Part shown: piece after piece, positions 38,971 to 50,600 of the stretch | How positions within the stretch are numbered: the first letter of the stretch is position 1 | Layout: each line of letters begins with the position of its first letter | Assembly (NCBI GenBank): GCA_963848295.1 | Contig: CAWKDB010000002.1 | Span: forward strand, 1 to 64,000 | DNA: 64,000 nt | DNA from: an uncultured delta proteobacterium | Lineage (GTDB): Bacteria > Myxococcota_A > Polyangia > Haliangiales > Haliangiaceae | Direction of reading: 5' to 3' | Notes under the pieces: generated by a model | The model's input: the letters and a program-made list of their open reading frames with translations, nothing else | Database searches by the model: none | Told to the model about the DNA's origin: nothing | Made by a program: the position numbers and the translations under genes

Positions 38971-38999
38971 CGCGCAAAGGTGACAAAAGAGACAGCGTC
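38971..38999 (+). repeat. Dispersed ~31-bp repeat, copy 2
   Basis: CGCGCAAAGGTGACAAAAGAGACAGCGTC. Confidence 0.85.
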
Positions 39000-39003
39000 C
39001 CCA

Positions 39004-39037
39004 TTGACAGATGTCAAAATGATATCATGATGACATC
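39004..39037 (+). promoter_or_regulatory. Promoter and palindromic operator of the SPFH-RHH operon
   Basis: TTGACA at 39004; palindrome GATGTCA-AAA-TGATATCA-TGA-TGACATC (39010-39037); also TTGACA-GA-TGTCAA. Confidence 0.7.
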
Positions 39038-39038
39038 C

Positions 39039-39923
39039 ATGGCGATGAAAGAACGTGACGCTATCTCGACCTCGGGCGGACTGATGGTCATCCTCGGACT
39101 CGCGGCACTGGGCGCTGCGGCATGGCAGGGCTCGTTGATGAATCCGCACATCGCCCCGACGGCGCAGGCGATGCACGGGGTCGGCGCGGCCGGATTCGTG
39201 GTGCTCGCGATCATCTTGTTCAAGGGCGTGATCGTGATCGGCCCGAACGAGGCGCGCGTGCTCACGCTGTTCGGGCGGTACGCCGGCACGGTGAGCGACA
39301 CCGGGTTGCGCTGGGCGAATCCCTTGACGACGAAGCGGCCGGTGTCGTTGCGCACGCGCAACTTCGAGACCGCGAAGATCAAGGTCAATGACCTCGACGG
39401 AAATCCGATCGAGATCGCGGCGATCATCGTGTGGAAGGTCGTCGATACCGCCCAGGCGACGTTCGATGTCGAGAACTTCTCGAGCTTCGTCCAAATCCAG
39501 GCAGAGGCCGCGTTGCGCAACCTCGCGATGCATCATCCGTACGATAGCCACGACGATGCGAAGATCAGCTTGCGCGGTCAGTCGGACAAGGTCGCCGAGC
39601 AGCTCCGCATCGAGGTCAACGCAAAGATCAACCAAGCGGGCGTCGAAGTGATCGACGCGCGGATCGCTCACCTCGCGTACGCACAGGAGATCGCGCAGGC
39701 GATGCTGCAGCGGCAACAGGCCGGCGCGATCATCGCGGCGCGAACTCTGATCGTCGAAGGCGCGGTGTCGATGGTCGAGATGGCGCTCGATCAGCTCGCG
39801 AAGCGCGGCATCGTCGAGCTCGATCAGGAGCGCAAAGCGCAGATGGTGTCGAACCTGCTCGTCGTGCTGTGCGGCGAACGCGGCACCCAGCCGGTCGTCA
39901 ACACCGGCACGCTGTACCAGTGA
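39039..39923 (+). CDS. SPFH/band-7 domain membrane protein
   Basis: Two TM segments, [47 protein letters not shown] and VVNTGTLY. Confidence 0.93.
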   Translation: MAMKERDAISTSGGLMVILGLAALGAAAWQGSLMNPHIAPTAQAMHGVGAAGFVVLAIILFKGVIVIGPNEARVLTLFGRYAGTVSDTGLRWANPLTTKRPVSLRTRNFETAKIKVNDLDGNPIEIAAIIVWKVVDTAQATFDVENFSSFVQIQAEAALRNLAMHHPYDSHDDAKISLRGQSDKVAEQLRIEVNAKINQAGVEVIDARIAHLAYAQEIAQAMLQRQQAGAIIAARTLIVEGAVSMVEMALDQLAKRGIVELDQERKAQMVSNLLVVLCGERGTQPVVNTGTLYQ

Positions 39924-40081
39924 TGCCAGAGCGCAAGCCGTTCTTGCTGCGCATCGATCCGTCCGTGCTCGACGCGGTGCAACGCTGGGCGGCCGACGAT
40001 CTGCGCTCGCTCAACGCGCAGATCGAGTTCGTGCTCCGCGAGGCGCTCGTGCGGGCAGGGCGGACCAAGCCCAAGAAGTAG
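39923..40081 (+). CDS. Arc/ribbon-helix-helix DNA-binding protein
   Basis: RKPFLLRIDP...WAADDLRSLNAQIEFVLREAL. Confidence 0.88.
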   Translation: MPERKPFLLRIDPSVLDAVQRWAADDLRSLNAQIEFVLREALVRAGRTKPKK

Positions 40082-40101
40082 GTGCTCCGGTCGGTGCCGG
40101 C

Positions 40102-40132
40102 GAGCGCGCAAGTTGACAAAAGAGACAGCGTC
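40102..40132 (+). repeat. Dispersed ~31-bp repeat, copy 3
   Basis: GAGCGCGCAAGTTGACAAAAGAGACAGCGTC, ending at the hutH stop codon. Confidence 0.85.
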
Positions 40133-41864
40133 ACCAAGCGGCGTTAACTGCGGCGATCAAGGAGCCGTCGTCGATCAGCGCGCGGACCGCGGCGATGTCG
40201 GGCGATAGCGGGCGGTCGACCATCATCGCGGGGACTTTGCGGCGAATCGCGGCGTGCAAGGCTTCGAGCGGCTTGGTCGTCTTTAGCGGGCGGCGCAGGT
40301 CCAGGCCCTGCGCCGCGCACAGCAGCTCGATCGCGAGCACGATGCGGACGTGATCGTGGATCGTGTGGAGCTTGAGCGCCGACGTCGCGCCCATCGAGAC
40401 GTGATCCTCGCGGCCGGCGCTCGACGGGATCGAGTCGACCGACGCGGGATGCGCGAGGATCTTGTTCTCCGACACGAGCGCCGCGGCGCTGACCTGCGCG
40501 ATCATGAACCCGGAGTTGAGGCCGCTATCGGGTGCGAGGAACGGCGGCAACCCGCTCGACAGGTGAGGGTTAACGAGTTGTTCGATCCGGCGCTCGCTGA
40601 TGTTCGCGAGCTCGGCGACCGCCATCGCGGCGGCATCGAGCGCGAGCGCGACCGGTTGGCCATGGAAGTTACCGCCGGAGATCATCTCGGCGTCTTCGCC
40701 GGGTCCGCCCTCGACCACGAGCGGGTTGTCGGTCGAGCTCGCCGCCTCGCGTTCCAGCACCGTGCGCGCGAACGCGACGAGGTCGCGGGTCGCACCGTGG
40801 ACTTGCGGCATGCAGCGCAACGAGTACGGGTCCTGGACCTTGCCGCAGTCCTTGTGCGACTCGGCGATGGGCGAGCCCGCGAGCAACTCGCGCAACAGCG
40901 CGGCGACCGCGATCTGTCCGGGATGCGGACGCGCTGCGATCACACGCTCGTCGAACGCACGCACCGTGCCCTTGAGGGCCTCGAGCGACAACGCCCCGGC
41001 GAGATCGGCGATCCGGCAGGTCGCATCGGCGTCGTGTAGCGCGAGCCCGCCGACCGCGGTCATGTGCTGCGTGCCGTTGAGCAGCGTCAGGCCTTCCTTC
41101 GCCTCGAGCACGAGCGGCGCGAGCCCCGCGCGGCGCAGCGCCTCCGCCGCGGGCAGCGTCTCGCCGCGATACTCGGCGTCACCTTCGCCCATCATGCCCA
41201 ACGCGAGATGCGCGAGTGGCGCGAGATCGCCCGAAGCTCCGACCGAGCCACGCGCCGGGATCACGGGATGGACGCCCGCTGCGAGCAATTCGCACAGCCG
41301 CTCGCAGCACACCGCGCGGGCGCCGCTGCGGCCGGTCGCCAGCACTGCGGCGCGCAGTAACATCATCGCGCGCACCGCTTCGCGCGGGAGCGGAGCCCCG
41401 ACGCCGGCGGCGTGCGAGCGGACGAGATTGCGTTGCAGCTGAGCAACTTGCGCCGCGGAGATCCGCACTTCGGCGAGCGCCCCGAACCCCGTGTTCACGC
41501 CGTACACTGCGGGTGCGGCGTCGCCGGCGGCGACGACTCGATCGACGACCTCGCGGGCGCGATCCATGGCGGCGCGGGCGCGAGCGCCGATCTCGACCCT
41601 CCGGCCGGCTCGGGCGACCGCGGCGAGCACGTCGAGCGTGATGACGTCATCGCCGAGCCGAAACGGCTCCGCACCGCCTGCGGCGGCGCTACGCGTCGCG
41701 CGTTCGCCCGACTTGTCTTCAACCTCCGCACCGCCTGCGGCGGCGCTACGCGTCGCGCGTTCGCCCGACTTGTCTTCAACCTCCGCACCGCCTGCGGCGG
41801 CGCTACGCGTCGCGCGTTCGCCCGACTTGTCTTCCACGCGCCGCGGTGTACCACGCGAGACCAC
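40131..41864 (-). CDS. hutH: Histidine ammonia-lyase with a repetitive N-terminal extension
   Basis: [28 protein letters not shown] (MIO-forming ASG), QDPYSLRC and SGGNFHG; start uncertain (41864 or GTG 41837). Confidence 0.96.
   Translation of the reverse strand: MVSRGTPRRVEDKSGERATRSAAAGGAEVEDKSGERATRSAAAGGAEVEDKSGERATRSAAAGGAEPFRLGDDVITLDVLAAVARAGRRVEIGARARAAMDRAREVVDRVVAAGDAAPAVYGVNTGFGALAEVRISAAQVAQLQRNLVRSHAAGVGAPLPREAVRAMMLLRAAVLATGRSGARAVCCERLCELLAAGVHPVIPARGSVGASGDLAPLAHLALGMMGEGDAEYRGETLPAAEALRRAGLAPLVLEAKEGLTLLNGTQHMTAVGGLALHDADATCRIADLAGALSLEALKGTVRAFDERVIAARPHPGQIAVAALLRELLAGSPIAESHKDCGKVQDPYSLRCMPQVHGATRDLVAFARTVLEREAASSTDNPLVVEGGPGEDAEMISGGNFHGQPVALALDAAAMAVAELANISERRIEQLVNPHLSSGLPPFLAPDSGLNSGFMIAQVSAAALVSENKILAHPASVDSIPSSAGREDHVSMGATSALKLHTIHDHVRIVLAIELLCAAQGLDLRRPLKTTKPLEALHAAIRRKVPAMMVDRPLSPDIAAVRALIDDGSLIAAVNAAW
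41667..41837. repeat. Three tandem 57-bp repeats in the hutH 5' region
   Basis: Units start at 41667, 41724 and 41781 and encode [19 protein letters not shown] x3. Confidence 0.95.
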
Positions 41865-41931
41865 CCAAATGCTCGGAATGACACCTCAACTCGTTGACAG
41901 CTCCGACGCTCGGAGTGATCTTTAAAAGGAG

Positions 41932-44900
41932 TTGGGCACTCCCCCGGAAGACGACGCGGGCGCGAACGAAGGCGCGCCCGAGCCGGCGACATCTGCACCG
42001 GCGCCGACCTCGGGTCGCGTCAGCGCGCTCGCCTCGCGCGTCGACGCGTTGCTCGCCGCCGATGACGACGATGACGACCACGCACACGACAACGGCTCGT
42101 CGTCGGGGATTCCCGACGAGCCGCGCACGCTCGAGGTGAGCGCGGACGCGATCGAGCTCGACGATCTCGAGGAGGTTCGTGAGTCCACGCCGGTGGCAGC
42201 GGCCGCACCGCCGCGCCCCGCGTTGCCGCGCCCGCCGATTCCGACGCCAGGGCAACGCCCGCCAGTGCCGCCACCGCCGCGTGGGGCGATGCCGCGTCCG
42301 CCGATGGCGATCCCGCCGCTCGCGCCGAAGATTCCGCCGCCGCGCGCATCGGTTCCGATCTCGGTGTCGATCCCCACGCGTGCACCGAGCGAGCCGCCCG
42401 TCGTGCACGATCGCCCGCCGACCGGCGATCCGCGCCCTCGTACGGCATCGTCGCCGCCTCCATTGCACGCGGATCGCGCGCGCCGGCCATCGACGCCCGG
42501 GACCTCCGCATCGCGGGATGGCGATGCGGGAGCATCGTCGCCACCGGCGGTCGGATCGGCATCCACATCGGGTGCGCTGCCCGCGGTGTCGGCGCAGACA
42601 TCCGACGAGATCATGGCCGGCGGCCAGGATATCTCGGTGATCGAGGGCGGGGGCGGGGTCGAGGTCGGCACCGCAACGCCGAACCTCGTCGTCGATCAAC
42701 CGCTCGAGGCGCAGCTCGAGTCGCCGACCGCGCTCGACAAGGCGCTCGCCGCGGGCGACGCCGGCAGCGAGCAGCGCGCCGACATGCTCGGCCGCGAGAT
42801 CGAAGCTGTCGAGCTCGCGGATCCCAACGCCGCGGCCCTGCTCGCGTACGAGCTCGGCGAGCTCTACGAGACCCGGCTTGCCGACGAAGCGCGCGCGGTC
42901 AAATCCTATGGTCGCGCGATCAACTTCGATCCGTCGCTACGGCCAAACCTGTGGGCGATCCGCCGCGTGTTCTATCGCCGCGCGCTGTGGCCCAACCTCG
43001 TCAAGCTGATCGACGCCGAGGTCGAGTACGCCCGCGACGACGAGGAGCGGGCCGATCTGTTGCTCGAGAAGGCGCGGGTCGCGGCGCACCAGCTCGGCGA
43101 CTTCGACAACGCGCGCGAAGCGCTCGACGAGGCGGTGCGAATCGCGCCCGGCCATGAAGGCGCGTTGCTCGAGCTCGAGCGTGTCGCTGCCAAGATCGGT
43201 GACGCCACGGCGCTGCTCGACACGTGGGAGCGCCTCGCCGAAGCGGTCGAACAGCCAGCGCGCAAGGTCGCCTACTGGCTCGAGGTCGGTCGCGCCGCCG
43301 CGAAGCTCGACTATGGGCGTGCGCAGGCCGCGTTCGATCGCGCTGCGCCGCTCGCGGGTCACGGCGCACCCGCCGAGAGAGTCGCGCGCGAGCGCGTGCG
43401 CGCCGCCGAGAGCCACGGCACCCCCGCGGATGCGAGCGCGGCGATCGATGCGCTCGCGCAGATCTTGCTCGCCGAGTTCGGCCCCGCCGGTCCGGGCCTC
43501 GAGCCCGGCTCGTCGCCGCTCGAAGGCAACCGGTTCGGGCCGGATCGCGCGCTCGCGTTGCGCCGCGAGCTCGTCGCATTGCGCCGGCGTCAAGCACAGC
43601 TCGCGCGCTCCGAGGAGCCGGCCAAGGCGTGGGAGTACTTGCAGCAGGCCCTCGCACTGTCGCCGGGCGAGTCGCTGGTGCTCGCGGATCTGACCGAGCT
43701 CGCCGAAGAGCTCGGTCGTTACGACGACCTCGCCGAGCTCGTTCAGAGCTGGCAAGCGATCGAAGGTGACCCGGGACGCGCGATGGTGCTGTCGATTCGC
43801 CGCGCGGATGCATTGCTGCGCGGCGGACAACGCGACGAAGCGCGCGCGCTGCTCGCATCGCTCGACGCGACCGCACCCGGCTTCATCGTGCTGACCTCGG
43901 CCGGCGAGCGCGATGCGCTCGGGCGTAAGGATCCGGCCGACCTCGCGAAGACGTATCTCGCCGCGGCGCATGCGGCGTTGCTCGGAACGTGGCTCGGACC
44001 GGGCCAAACGCCGAAGCCCGACCCGCACTCGGCCGCGACGCTGTTCGTCCAGGCCGCCGAGTTGCTCGCCTATCAGCTCGGCACGCCGGACGCGATCGAA
44101 GACGCGCGCGCCGCGATCGGCAAGGCACTCGAAGCGGTGCCCGATGATCCGGCTGCGTTCGAAGCCCTGACCGAGCTCGATGATGTCACCGGCCGGATCA
44201 ACGACGCACTCGCGCGGTTGCGCACTGCCGCCGCGAGCGCCGACCCCGATGCGAAGCGCGCGGTGCTCGAGCGCGCGATCCGACTCGCGCGTGGTCACGG
44301 CGAGCTCGAAGCAGTCGCGGATCTCGAACGCGAGCTCGTCGCGTTGGTCCCGAGCGATCTGCGCACGCGGTGGGCCCTCGAGGCGACGCTATCGCAGCTC
44401 GGCAAAGACGAGGAGCGCACCGACTTGCTCGTCGCGCTCGCCGCGGCCGAGACCGACCCGACGAGGCGCGGTACGGCCTTGCTGACCGCCGCGCGGTTGC
44501 GCGAGCGCGCCGGCGCGGTCGAGGCGGCGACCGAGCTGTATCGCCAAGTCATCGCGCTGTGGCCCGACGACACGTTCGCGCGAGAATCGCTCGTCGACCT
44601 GCTGCGCGCACAAGAACGGTGGACCGAGCTCGTCAGCGAGCGACGCGCCGAAGCACGCGCGCTGGCCGATGGCCCGGCAGCGCGCCGGGCGCTGCGGGAA
44701 GCCGCGTGGGTCCTCGAGGTCCGCCAGCGCGACCTGCCGTCGGCGGTCGCGGTGTACGACGATTGGCTCGCCCGCATGCCAGAGGATCGCACCGCGCTCG
44801 AGGGTGCCGCGCGGTGCCGGGCCGCGCTCGGCGATCACAACGGCGAGGTCAGCGCGCGCGCCGCGATCGCCGAGCTCGAGCCGACCTCGGAGATGCGCTG

Positions 44901-47631
44901 GTTGCACGCGCGCAGCCTCGAGCGCGCCGGCCAGTTCGACGAAGCCGCCGACGCTTATCGCGCGCTGATGGCCGGCGAGCCGTCGGTGCCCGCGATCGCG
45001 GCGGCCGTCGCGCTCGGTGACATCGCCGCCGGCCGGGCCGACACCGTGATGCGCGTCGAGTCGACCGCCGCGATCGCCGGTCACACGACCGACGCGCGAC
45101 TCGGCGCCGCGGTCGCCGAGGACAGCGGCTGGATGTACGCGCTCGTGCTCGAGGACTTCGATCGCGCCGCGCAGTCGTTCGAGGCCGCGATCGCGCTCGA
45201 GCCGACTCGCCGCGGTGCCCTGCTCGGCGCCGCGCTCGTCGCGGCACGCCGCAACGACCCCGTCGAGCTCGCGCAGGCGTTCGAGGGACTCGCGTCGAGC
45301 GTGCAGATGCCGCAGGCCGCCGCGGCCCTGATGCTGCGGGCCGCCGCACTCGCCGCCGCGAACGGCGACATCGATCTCGCGAACCAGCGGATCACGACGG
45401 CGTACACGCGCTCGCCCGACGACACCAGCGCCCTGTTCGTCGTCGCGGAGACCGGGACGGCGCCGCCGGTCGACGCCGCAGATACGTTCGCCGCCGTCGA
45501 TCCGCTGCTCGCGCGGGCCGAGATCCTCGAGCTGCGCGGCGCGCTGACCGATGACTTTGCAGCGCGGATCTCGTGGGAGCTCGATCGCTGCGAGGCGCTC
45601 GAGCTCGCCGGGCGGTTGCGCGAGGCCGGAACGGTCGTCGCCTCGGTGCTGCGCTCCAAGCCCGACGATCTGCGCGCGTTGACCGCGCTGCGCCGCATGG
45701 CCAAGCGCGCGGGCGATAGCGCGACCGCAGCGCAGGCGGCGTACCAGTTGTCGCGTGTGATCGGCGATCGCACGGCGAAGCTCGACCTGCTGCGCGAGGC
45801 GGCGGCGGTCTTCGACGGCCCGGGTCTGCCACACAACTCCGACTACGCACTCGCCGCGTACCGCCGGATCTTGCAGAGCGATCCGAGCGCGCGCGAGTTC
45901 GACCGGCTCGGCGAGCTCCTGCGCGAGCGCGCCGATGTCCGCGGCTTGAACGCGGTGATCAGCGAGCGGCTCACTTGGCTCGAGGCCGAGGGCGGGGTCA
46001 ACGCCGATGATCAGATGGTGCCGCTGCTGCTCGAACGCGCGACCGTGTTTCTCGGTGCCGGCGATCGCGATTCTGCGATGATCGATCTCGACGCACTCCT
46101 CGAACGCGCGCCGAAGAACGTCGAAGCGTTACGGTTCCGCGCCGACCTCGCGATCAACGCCGGCGAGGTCGATGTCGCGGTCGGCTTGTGGAAGCGTTAT
46201 CTCGCGGCGGAGACCCGGCAACAGCGGCGCTCCGAGATCGAGCTCCAGCTATCGCAGGTACTCGCGGAGAACGTCAACGACATCGCGGGCGCGATCGAGC
46301 AACTCGAGCGCGTCGTCGCGAATGCCCCGGACGATGTCCAGCTCCGCGATCGCCTGCTCGGCCTGTGCATGCGCGCGAACGACTTCGAGCGCGCGGCGCG
46401 CGAGCTACGCGAGCTCGCGAAGATGCGGCCGACGCCGGCCGAGAAGGCGCGCGAGGAGCTCCGGCTCGCGCTCATGCTGCGCGACAAGGTCGGCGACCGC
46501 GTCGGCGCGCGGCGCGCGCTCGACCGCGCACGCGGGCTAGACCCGTTGAACCTCGACGTCGTACGCGAGCTCGCGGAGCTGCTCGAGCCAGCGGCGCGCG
46601 CGCAGGTGCTGGCCGACACCGCGCGGCATCTCCGCGCGTCGATCGCGCAATCGCCCGGCCGCGGGCCGATGTACGAGCGCCTCGCGCAAGTCAACGCCTG
46701 GCAGGCCGACGTCGACGCGCGTTGGGTCGCGCTCGTCGCGGTCGAAGCGCTCGCGACGCCGACCGTCGACCAGCGTCAGGTGCTCGCTCAAGGCCGGCAG
46801 CAGCTCGGTCCGCCCAAGCGCGTCAAGCTCGAGCCGGCGGCGCGCGCAGCGCTGCGCGGTTCGTTCGGCGGCCCGTTGGCCGAGCTCTGGCTTCAGATCG
46901 CGCCCGCCGTGCAAGTCGCGACCGGCGTCGACGCCGGCAAGCTCGGCTTCGTCCGCGGCGATCGCATCGCGCAGAAGAAGCTCGGCGACAAGTTCGAGGC
47001 ACTCGCGACCGCGCTCGCGAGCTTCGGCATCGAGGAGGTCGAGCTCTACGTCAGCGCGAATCGCCCCGGCATCGCACGCACGCTCGCCGCCGATCCGCCG
47101 CAGCTGTTGATCGGTGCCGATGTCGCGACCGGGGCGATGCCGCAGCATCGCTTCCAGCTCGGTCGCACCGCCGCGACGCTCGCCGAGGGTGTCGCGAGCT
47201 TGCCCGGGTTGCGCGATGGCGAGCTCGAGCAGTTCATCGTCGCGGCGCTGCGCGCGTTCGAGCTGCCGGTGCCACCCGCGCTCGCCGAGCTCGTGACCGA
47301 AGCCGACAACGCGGTCGCCGAGCGGACGAAGGTGTTGCGCAAGGAGCTCGGCCGCAAGCACAAGCCCGCGATCACGGCGCTCGCGCACCAGCACGGGACC
47401 GCGCTCGCCGACGTCCCGGGCCTGCGCACCGCAGCGCTCGCGGTCGGCAATCGCGCCGGCATGCTGTGGGCTGGTGATCTCGCGGTCGCGCTCGCGACGC
47501 TCGACGTCGGCAAGGGCGGGCGCGAGCTGGCCGGCAACCCATCGGCGCTCGAGCTCGTCGCGTGGTCGGTGTCTGACGACCACCTGCGCTTGCGCGAGGC
47601 GCTCGGCATCGTGATCAAGGGGATGCGATGA
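41932..47631 (+). CDS. Giant TPR-repeat protein with a Pro/acidic disordered N-terminus
   Basis: 1899 aa; many TPR-like units (e.g. ARAVKSYGRAINFDP, AVRIAPGHEGAL, ELYRQVIALWPDD). Confidence 0.85.
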   Translation: MGTPPEDDAGANEGAPEPATSAPAPTSGRVSALASRVDALLAADDDDDDHAHDNGSSSGIPDEPRTLEVSADAIELDDLEEVRESTPVAAAAPPRPALPRPPIPTPGQRPPVPPPPRGAMPRPPMAIPPLAPKIPPPRASVPISVSIPTRAPSEPPVVHDRPPTGDPRPRTASSPPPLHADRARRPSTPGTSASRDGDAGASSPPAVGSASTSGALPAVSAQTSDEIMAGGQDISVIEGGGGVEVGTATPNLVVDQPLEAQLESPTALDKALAAGDAGSEQRADMLGREIEAVELADPNAAALLAYELGELYETRLADEARAVKSYGRAINFDPSLRPNLWAIRRVFYRRALWPNLVKLIDAEVEYARDDEERADLLLEKARVAAHQLGDFDNAREALDEAVRIAPGHEGALLELERVAAKIGDATALLDTWERLAEAVEQPARKVAYWLEVGRAAAKLDYGRAQAAFDRAAPLAGHGAPAERVARERVRAAESHGTPADASAAIDALAQILLAEFGPAGPGLEPGSSPLEGNRFGPDRALALRRELVALRRRQAQLARSEEPAKAWEYLQQALALSPGESLVLADLTELAEELGRYDDLAELVQSWQAIEGDPGRAMVLSIRRADALLRGGQRDEARALLASLDATAPGFIVLTSAGERDALGRKDPADLAKTYLAAAHAALLGTWLGPGQTPKPDPHSAATLFVQAAELLAYQLGTPDAIEDARAAIGKALEAVPDDPAAFEALTELDDVTGRINDALARLRTAAASADPDAKRAVLERAIRLARGHGELEAVADLERELVALVPSDLRTRWALEATLSQLGKDEERTDLLVALAAAETDPTRRGTALLTAARLRERAGAVEAATELYRQVIALWPDDTFARESLVDLLRAQERWTELVSERRAEARALADGPAARRALREAAWVLEVRQRDLPSAVAVYDDWLARMPEDRTALEGAARCRAALGDHNGEVSARAAIAELEPTSEMRWLHARSLERAGQFDEAADAYRALMAGEPSVPAIAAAVALGDIAAGRADTVMRVESTAAIAGHTTDARLGAAVAEDSGWMYALVLEDFDRAAQSFEAAIALEPTRRGALLGAALVAARRNDPVELAQAFEGLASSVQMPQAAAALMLRAAALAAANGDIDLANQRITTAYTRSPDDTSALFVVAETGTAPPVDAADTFAAVDPLLARAEILELRGALTDDFAARISWELDRCEALELAGRLREAGTVVASVLRSKPDDLRALTALRRMAKRAGDSATAAQAAYQLSRVIGDRTAKLDLLREAAAVFDGPGLPHNSDYALAAYRRILQSDPSAREFDRLGELLRERADVRGLNAVISERLTWLEAEGGVNADDQMVPLLLERATVFLGAGDRDSAMIDLDALLERAPKNVEALRFRADLAINAGEVDVAVGLWKRYLAAETRQQRRSEIELQLSQVLAENVNDIAGAIEQLERVVANAPDDVQLRDRLLGLCMRANDFERAARELRELAKMRPTPAEKAREELRLALMLRDKVGDRVGARRALDRARGLDPLNLDVVRELAELLEPAARAQVLADTARHLRASIAQSPGRGPMYERLAQVNAWQADVDARWVALVAVEALATPTVDQRQVLAQGRQQLGPPKRVKLEPAARAALRGSFGGPLAELWLQIAPAVQVATGVDAGKLGFVRGDRIAQKKLGDKFEALATALASFGIEEVELYVSANRPGIARTLAADPPQLLIGADVATGAMPQHRFQLGRTAATLAEGVASLPGLRDGELEQFIVAALRAFELPVPPALAELVTEADNAVAERTKVLRKELGRKHKPAITALAHQHGTALADVPGLRTAALAVGNRAGMLWAGDLAVALATLDVGKGGRELAGNPSALELVAWSVSDDHLRLREALGIVIKGMR

Positions 47632-50600
47632 CCGAGAAGCCACGCGGACCCAAACCGTTTCTGTCGGGCGAAGACGAGCTGTCGACCGAGCTCGACGCGT
47701 GGGACGCGACGTTCGATGCGCTCCACACCGGACCCGAGGGTGGCGCGCCGTCGACCGAGCAGGTCATGGCGTGGCCGGCACCAGCGCCGGCTGCTCCACC
47801 GCCGAGCGCGCCGGCTGCTCCGCCGCCAAGCGCGCCGGCTGCTGCGCCGCCGAGCGCGGCCGATTCGCTCGAGATGACCGCGCCGCGCGATCTGCAGGCC
47901 GAGCTCGAGCTCGACGACCACCTCACGCTCGATCGCGGCGCGGCCGACCGCGCGGTGTCCGAACCCGCAGCGCGCGCGGGCACGTGGGACGCCCCCGCCG
48001 AGGAAGCCGACTTCTCGGATGTCGGCGGTGAGGGCGTACCGTCGGCCTTGGGCGAGATCCTCGGACAGCGCGCCGGCACGCTGCCGCCGATCGACGACGA
48101 AAACGAAGCCGAGACCCGGATCGACATCGGCGGCGACGGGCCCGAGGACGACGGTGTGTACACGTCGGCATCGCGGCCCGGGTTACGCGCGACGTCCGAA
48201 GATTTCTCGATCGACGATCCGATCGCGCCACCGCCGCGGCCGGCGCCGGGGCGAGCGCCAGCGCCAGCGCCAGGCAAAGACAAGCCGCGCGGCCCCGCGA
48301 TCATTCGCCGCACCGTAGGCGTCGCGGCGCAGACCCCGAGCCGGACGACCGGCGGTTATGACTCGCAAGACTTTTCCGAGGAGACGCGGATCGGCGATCC
48401 GAAGGAGATGCGGGCGAACGAAGCGCGCTCGAAAGCGCCGACCGCACCGCCGCCGTTTGCCTCGTCGCCGCCGGTCATCGACGACGACGATTACGCCGAC
48501 ATCGAGATCGGTGCGGACGCTCCAGAGAGCTCCGGCGTGCCCGGCGCAGTCGAGCCCGATCAAAGCGGTGGCCGGTCCGCGCCGACCGCTGCGCCTCGCC
48601 GCACGGTCGCTCACGTCGTTCGCCGCGAGGTCGCCGCACGCCCGGCGCCGCCGGCGCCGGTGAGGCCGAGCGCCTCGGTGCCGGTGGTCGAGCTCGATGC
48701 GGATGATGGCGTGCCGTCGCGCGCCGAGTCGATGTCCGAGGACGATTTCTCCGACGTCGCCGCTGCGGTCGGGGCCGGGGACGAGCCGCTCGAGCCTGTA
48801 CCCCCAGCGCACGGTCGGTTCGACGTCGATATCGTCGATCGCGACGACAGCGATGTCATCGACGATAGCCCGGGCCTCGATGCGACGCTCGCCGAGCTGT
48901 CGCCGCGCGCGATCTCGGTCATCGAGGTCGCGCCGGAGCCGATCAGCGAACACAGCGTCGACGACGAGGACGAAGACGAGGCGATGCCGACCGGCGAGGT
49001 CGACCCCGAGCCGGTGCCGAGCAGGTCGAAGCCGCCGCGTCCACCCGCGCTCGCTGATCTCTATCCGCGCGTCAAGCTGCCGACGTCGGTGCCGCCGCTC
49101 GGCTCTCCGATGGCGCGGACGGCGGCGGGGATGCCGGGCGCACGTGTTCCGTACGGCGAGCCGGGTGAGACTGCGGATCAGCGATCCGCGGCCGACCCGT
49201 TCCCGGATACCGAGACGCTGCTCGGTGTCGGTCGCGCGCCGGCGCGTTCGAGTCGACGGCTCGCGACCTCGGTGACCGATCTCGAGGATTCCGCGCCCGA
49301 GCTGGAGCCACAGCTCGATCTCGAAGCGATCCAGCTCCCCGAGCAGGTCCAGCCGCTGCCGAGCTCGCAGCTCGACGAAGACGCGGCCGCTTCGCTGCTG
49401 ATCTACGAGCGGGAGATCTCGACGGTCGACGACAGCGCCGCGTCGGCCGCGCTGCGCATCGAAGCGGGGAGGCTGTCCGAGCGCCTCGGCGATCTCGATC
49501 GCGCGCGGGCGCACTACGACGCGGCGATGCTCGACGATCCGCGTGCGACCGCGGCACTGCGCGGCTTGCGCCGGATCGCGCGCGGCAGCGGCGATCTCGT
49601 CGAGGCGACCCGTCAGCTCGACGCCGAGATCGAGGTCGCGGGGGCTCTCGAGCGCACGCCGCTCGGCCACTACCGCGTCGACCTGTTGATGGCGAGCGGC
49701 GAGCAGGACCTCGCGCGTGTGGCGGTCGGCGAGATCCTCGACAGCGCGCCGTCGGACGTTCGCGCGTTGCTCGCGCAGCTCGAGCTCGCATTCCTCGACG
49801 GACGCGCCGACGAGTTCGGCCGCGCGCTCGAACAACTCGCGGACGCGATCAGCGATACCGAGCTGCGCGCCGCGGTTCAATCGGCGCGTGGGCTGCTCGC
49901 GGCGCATCACGATGATCCCGCGGGTGCGGCGACATGGTTTGCAGCGGCGGCCGAGGCCGATCCGGGCTCGCACGCGGCGCGGCTCGGCGCGATCCGGCAA
50001 GCGATCGGGCGATCCGATCCCGCCGCGGTGGCGAAGGAGTTACTCGAGCTCGCGCGCCAGGTCGAGAGCGCTGACCCGACGGCCGCCGCCGCGCTGGCCG
50101 TGCGCGCGCTCGGTAGCCCCGCCGGCGATGCCGCGAACGCGTCGATCAGCGAGACCGCCCTCGCCGCGGCCGAGCTCGCGAGTCGCGCCGCACCGAACAA
50201 CGCCTTGGTCGCGCGAGCGGTCGCCGAGGCGCTCAACGACGTCGACGCCTACGCGCGCTGGGCGCGCACCCCGGCCGCCGCGGCGGAGCGCGCCTATGCC
50301 GCGGCACGGGCGGCCGAGCTCGATCCGAATCGCGGGACCGAGCTCTGGGGATTCGCGCGCGAGCTCGACCCCGGCGACGACTATGCCGCCGCGCAGCTGC
50401 GCACGTCGCACGTCGTCGCCGAGGCGCCCAAGCTAGCGATCGACGTCGACCTCGCCGATGCCGGGGATCCGGACCGCGAGCGCGCGCGATTGCGCGCGGC
50501 CTACGGCATGATCGCGCTCGGCGAGCTCGAGGGTGCGATCGATCTGTTGGCCCATGGTCGCAGCGAGCGCCGCACATCGCTCGCGCTTGCCGAGGCGCTC

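Noticed and set aside
41667..41837. CRISPR array
   Set aside because: The units are contiguous with no unique spacers, they are in frame in hutH, and there are no cas genes in the window.
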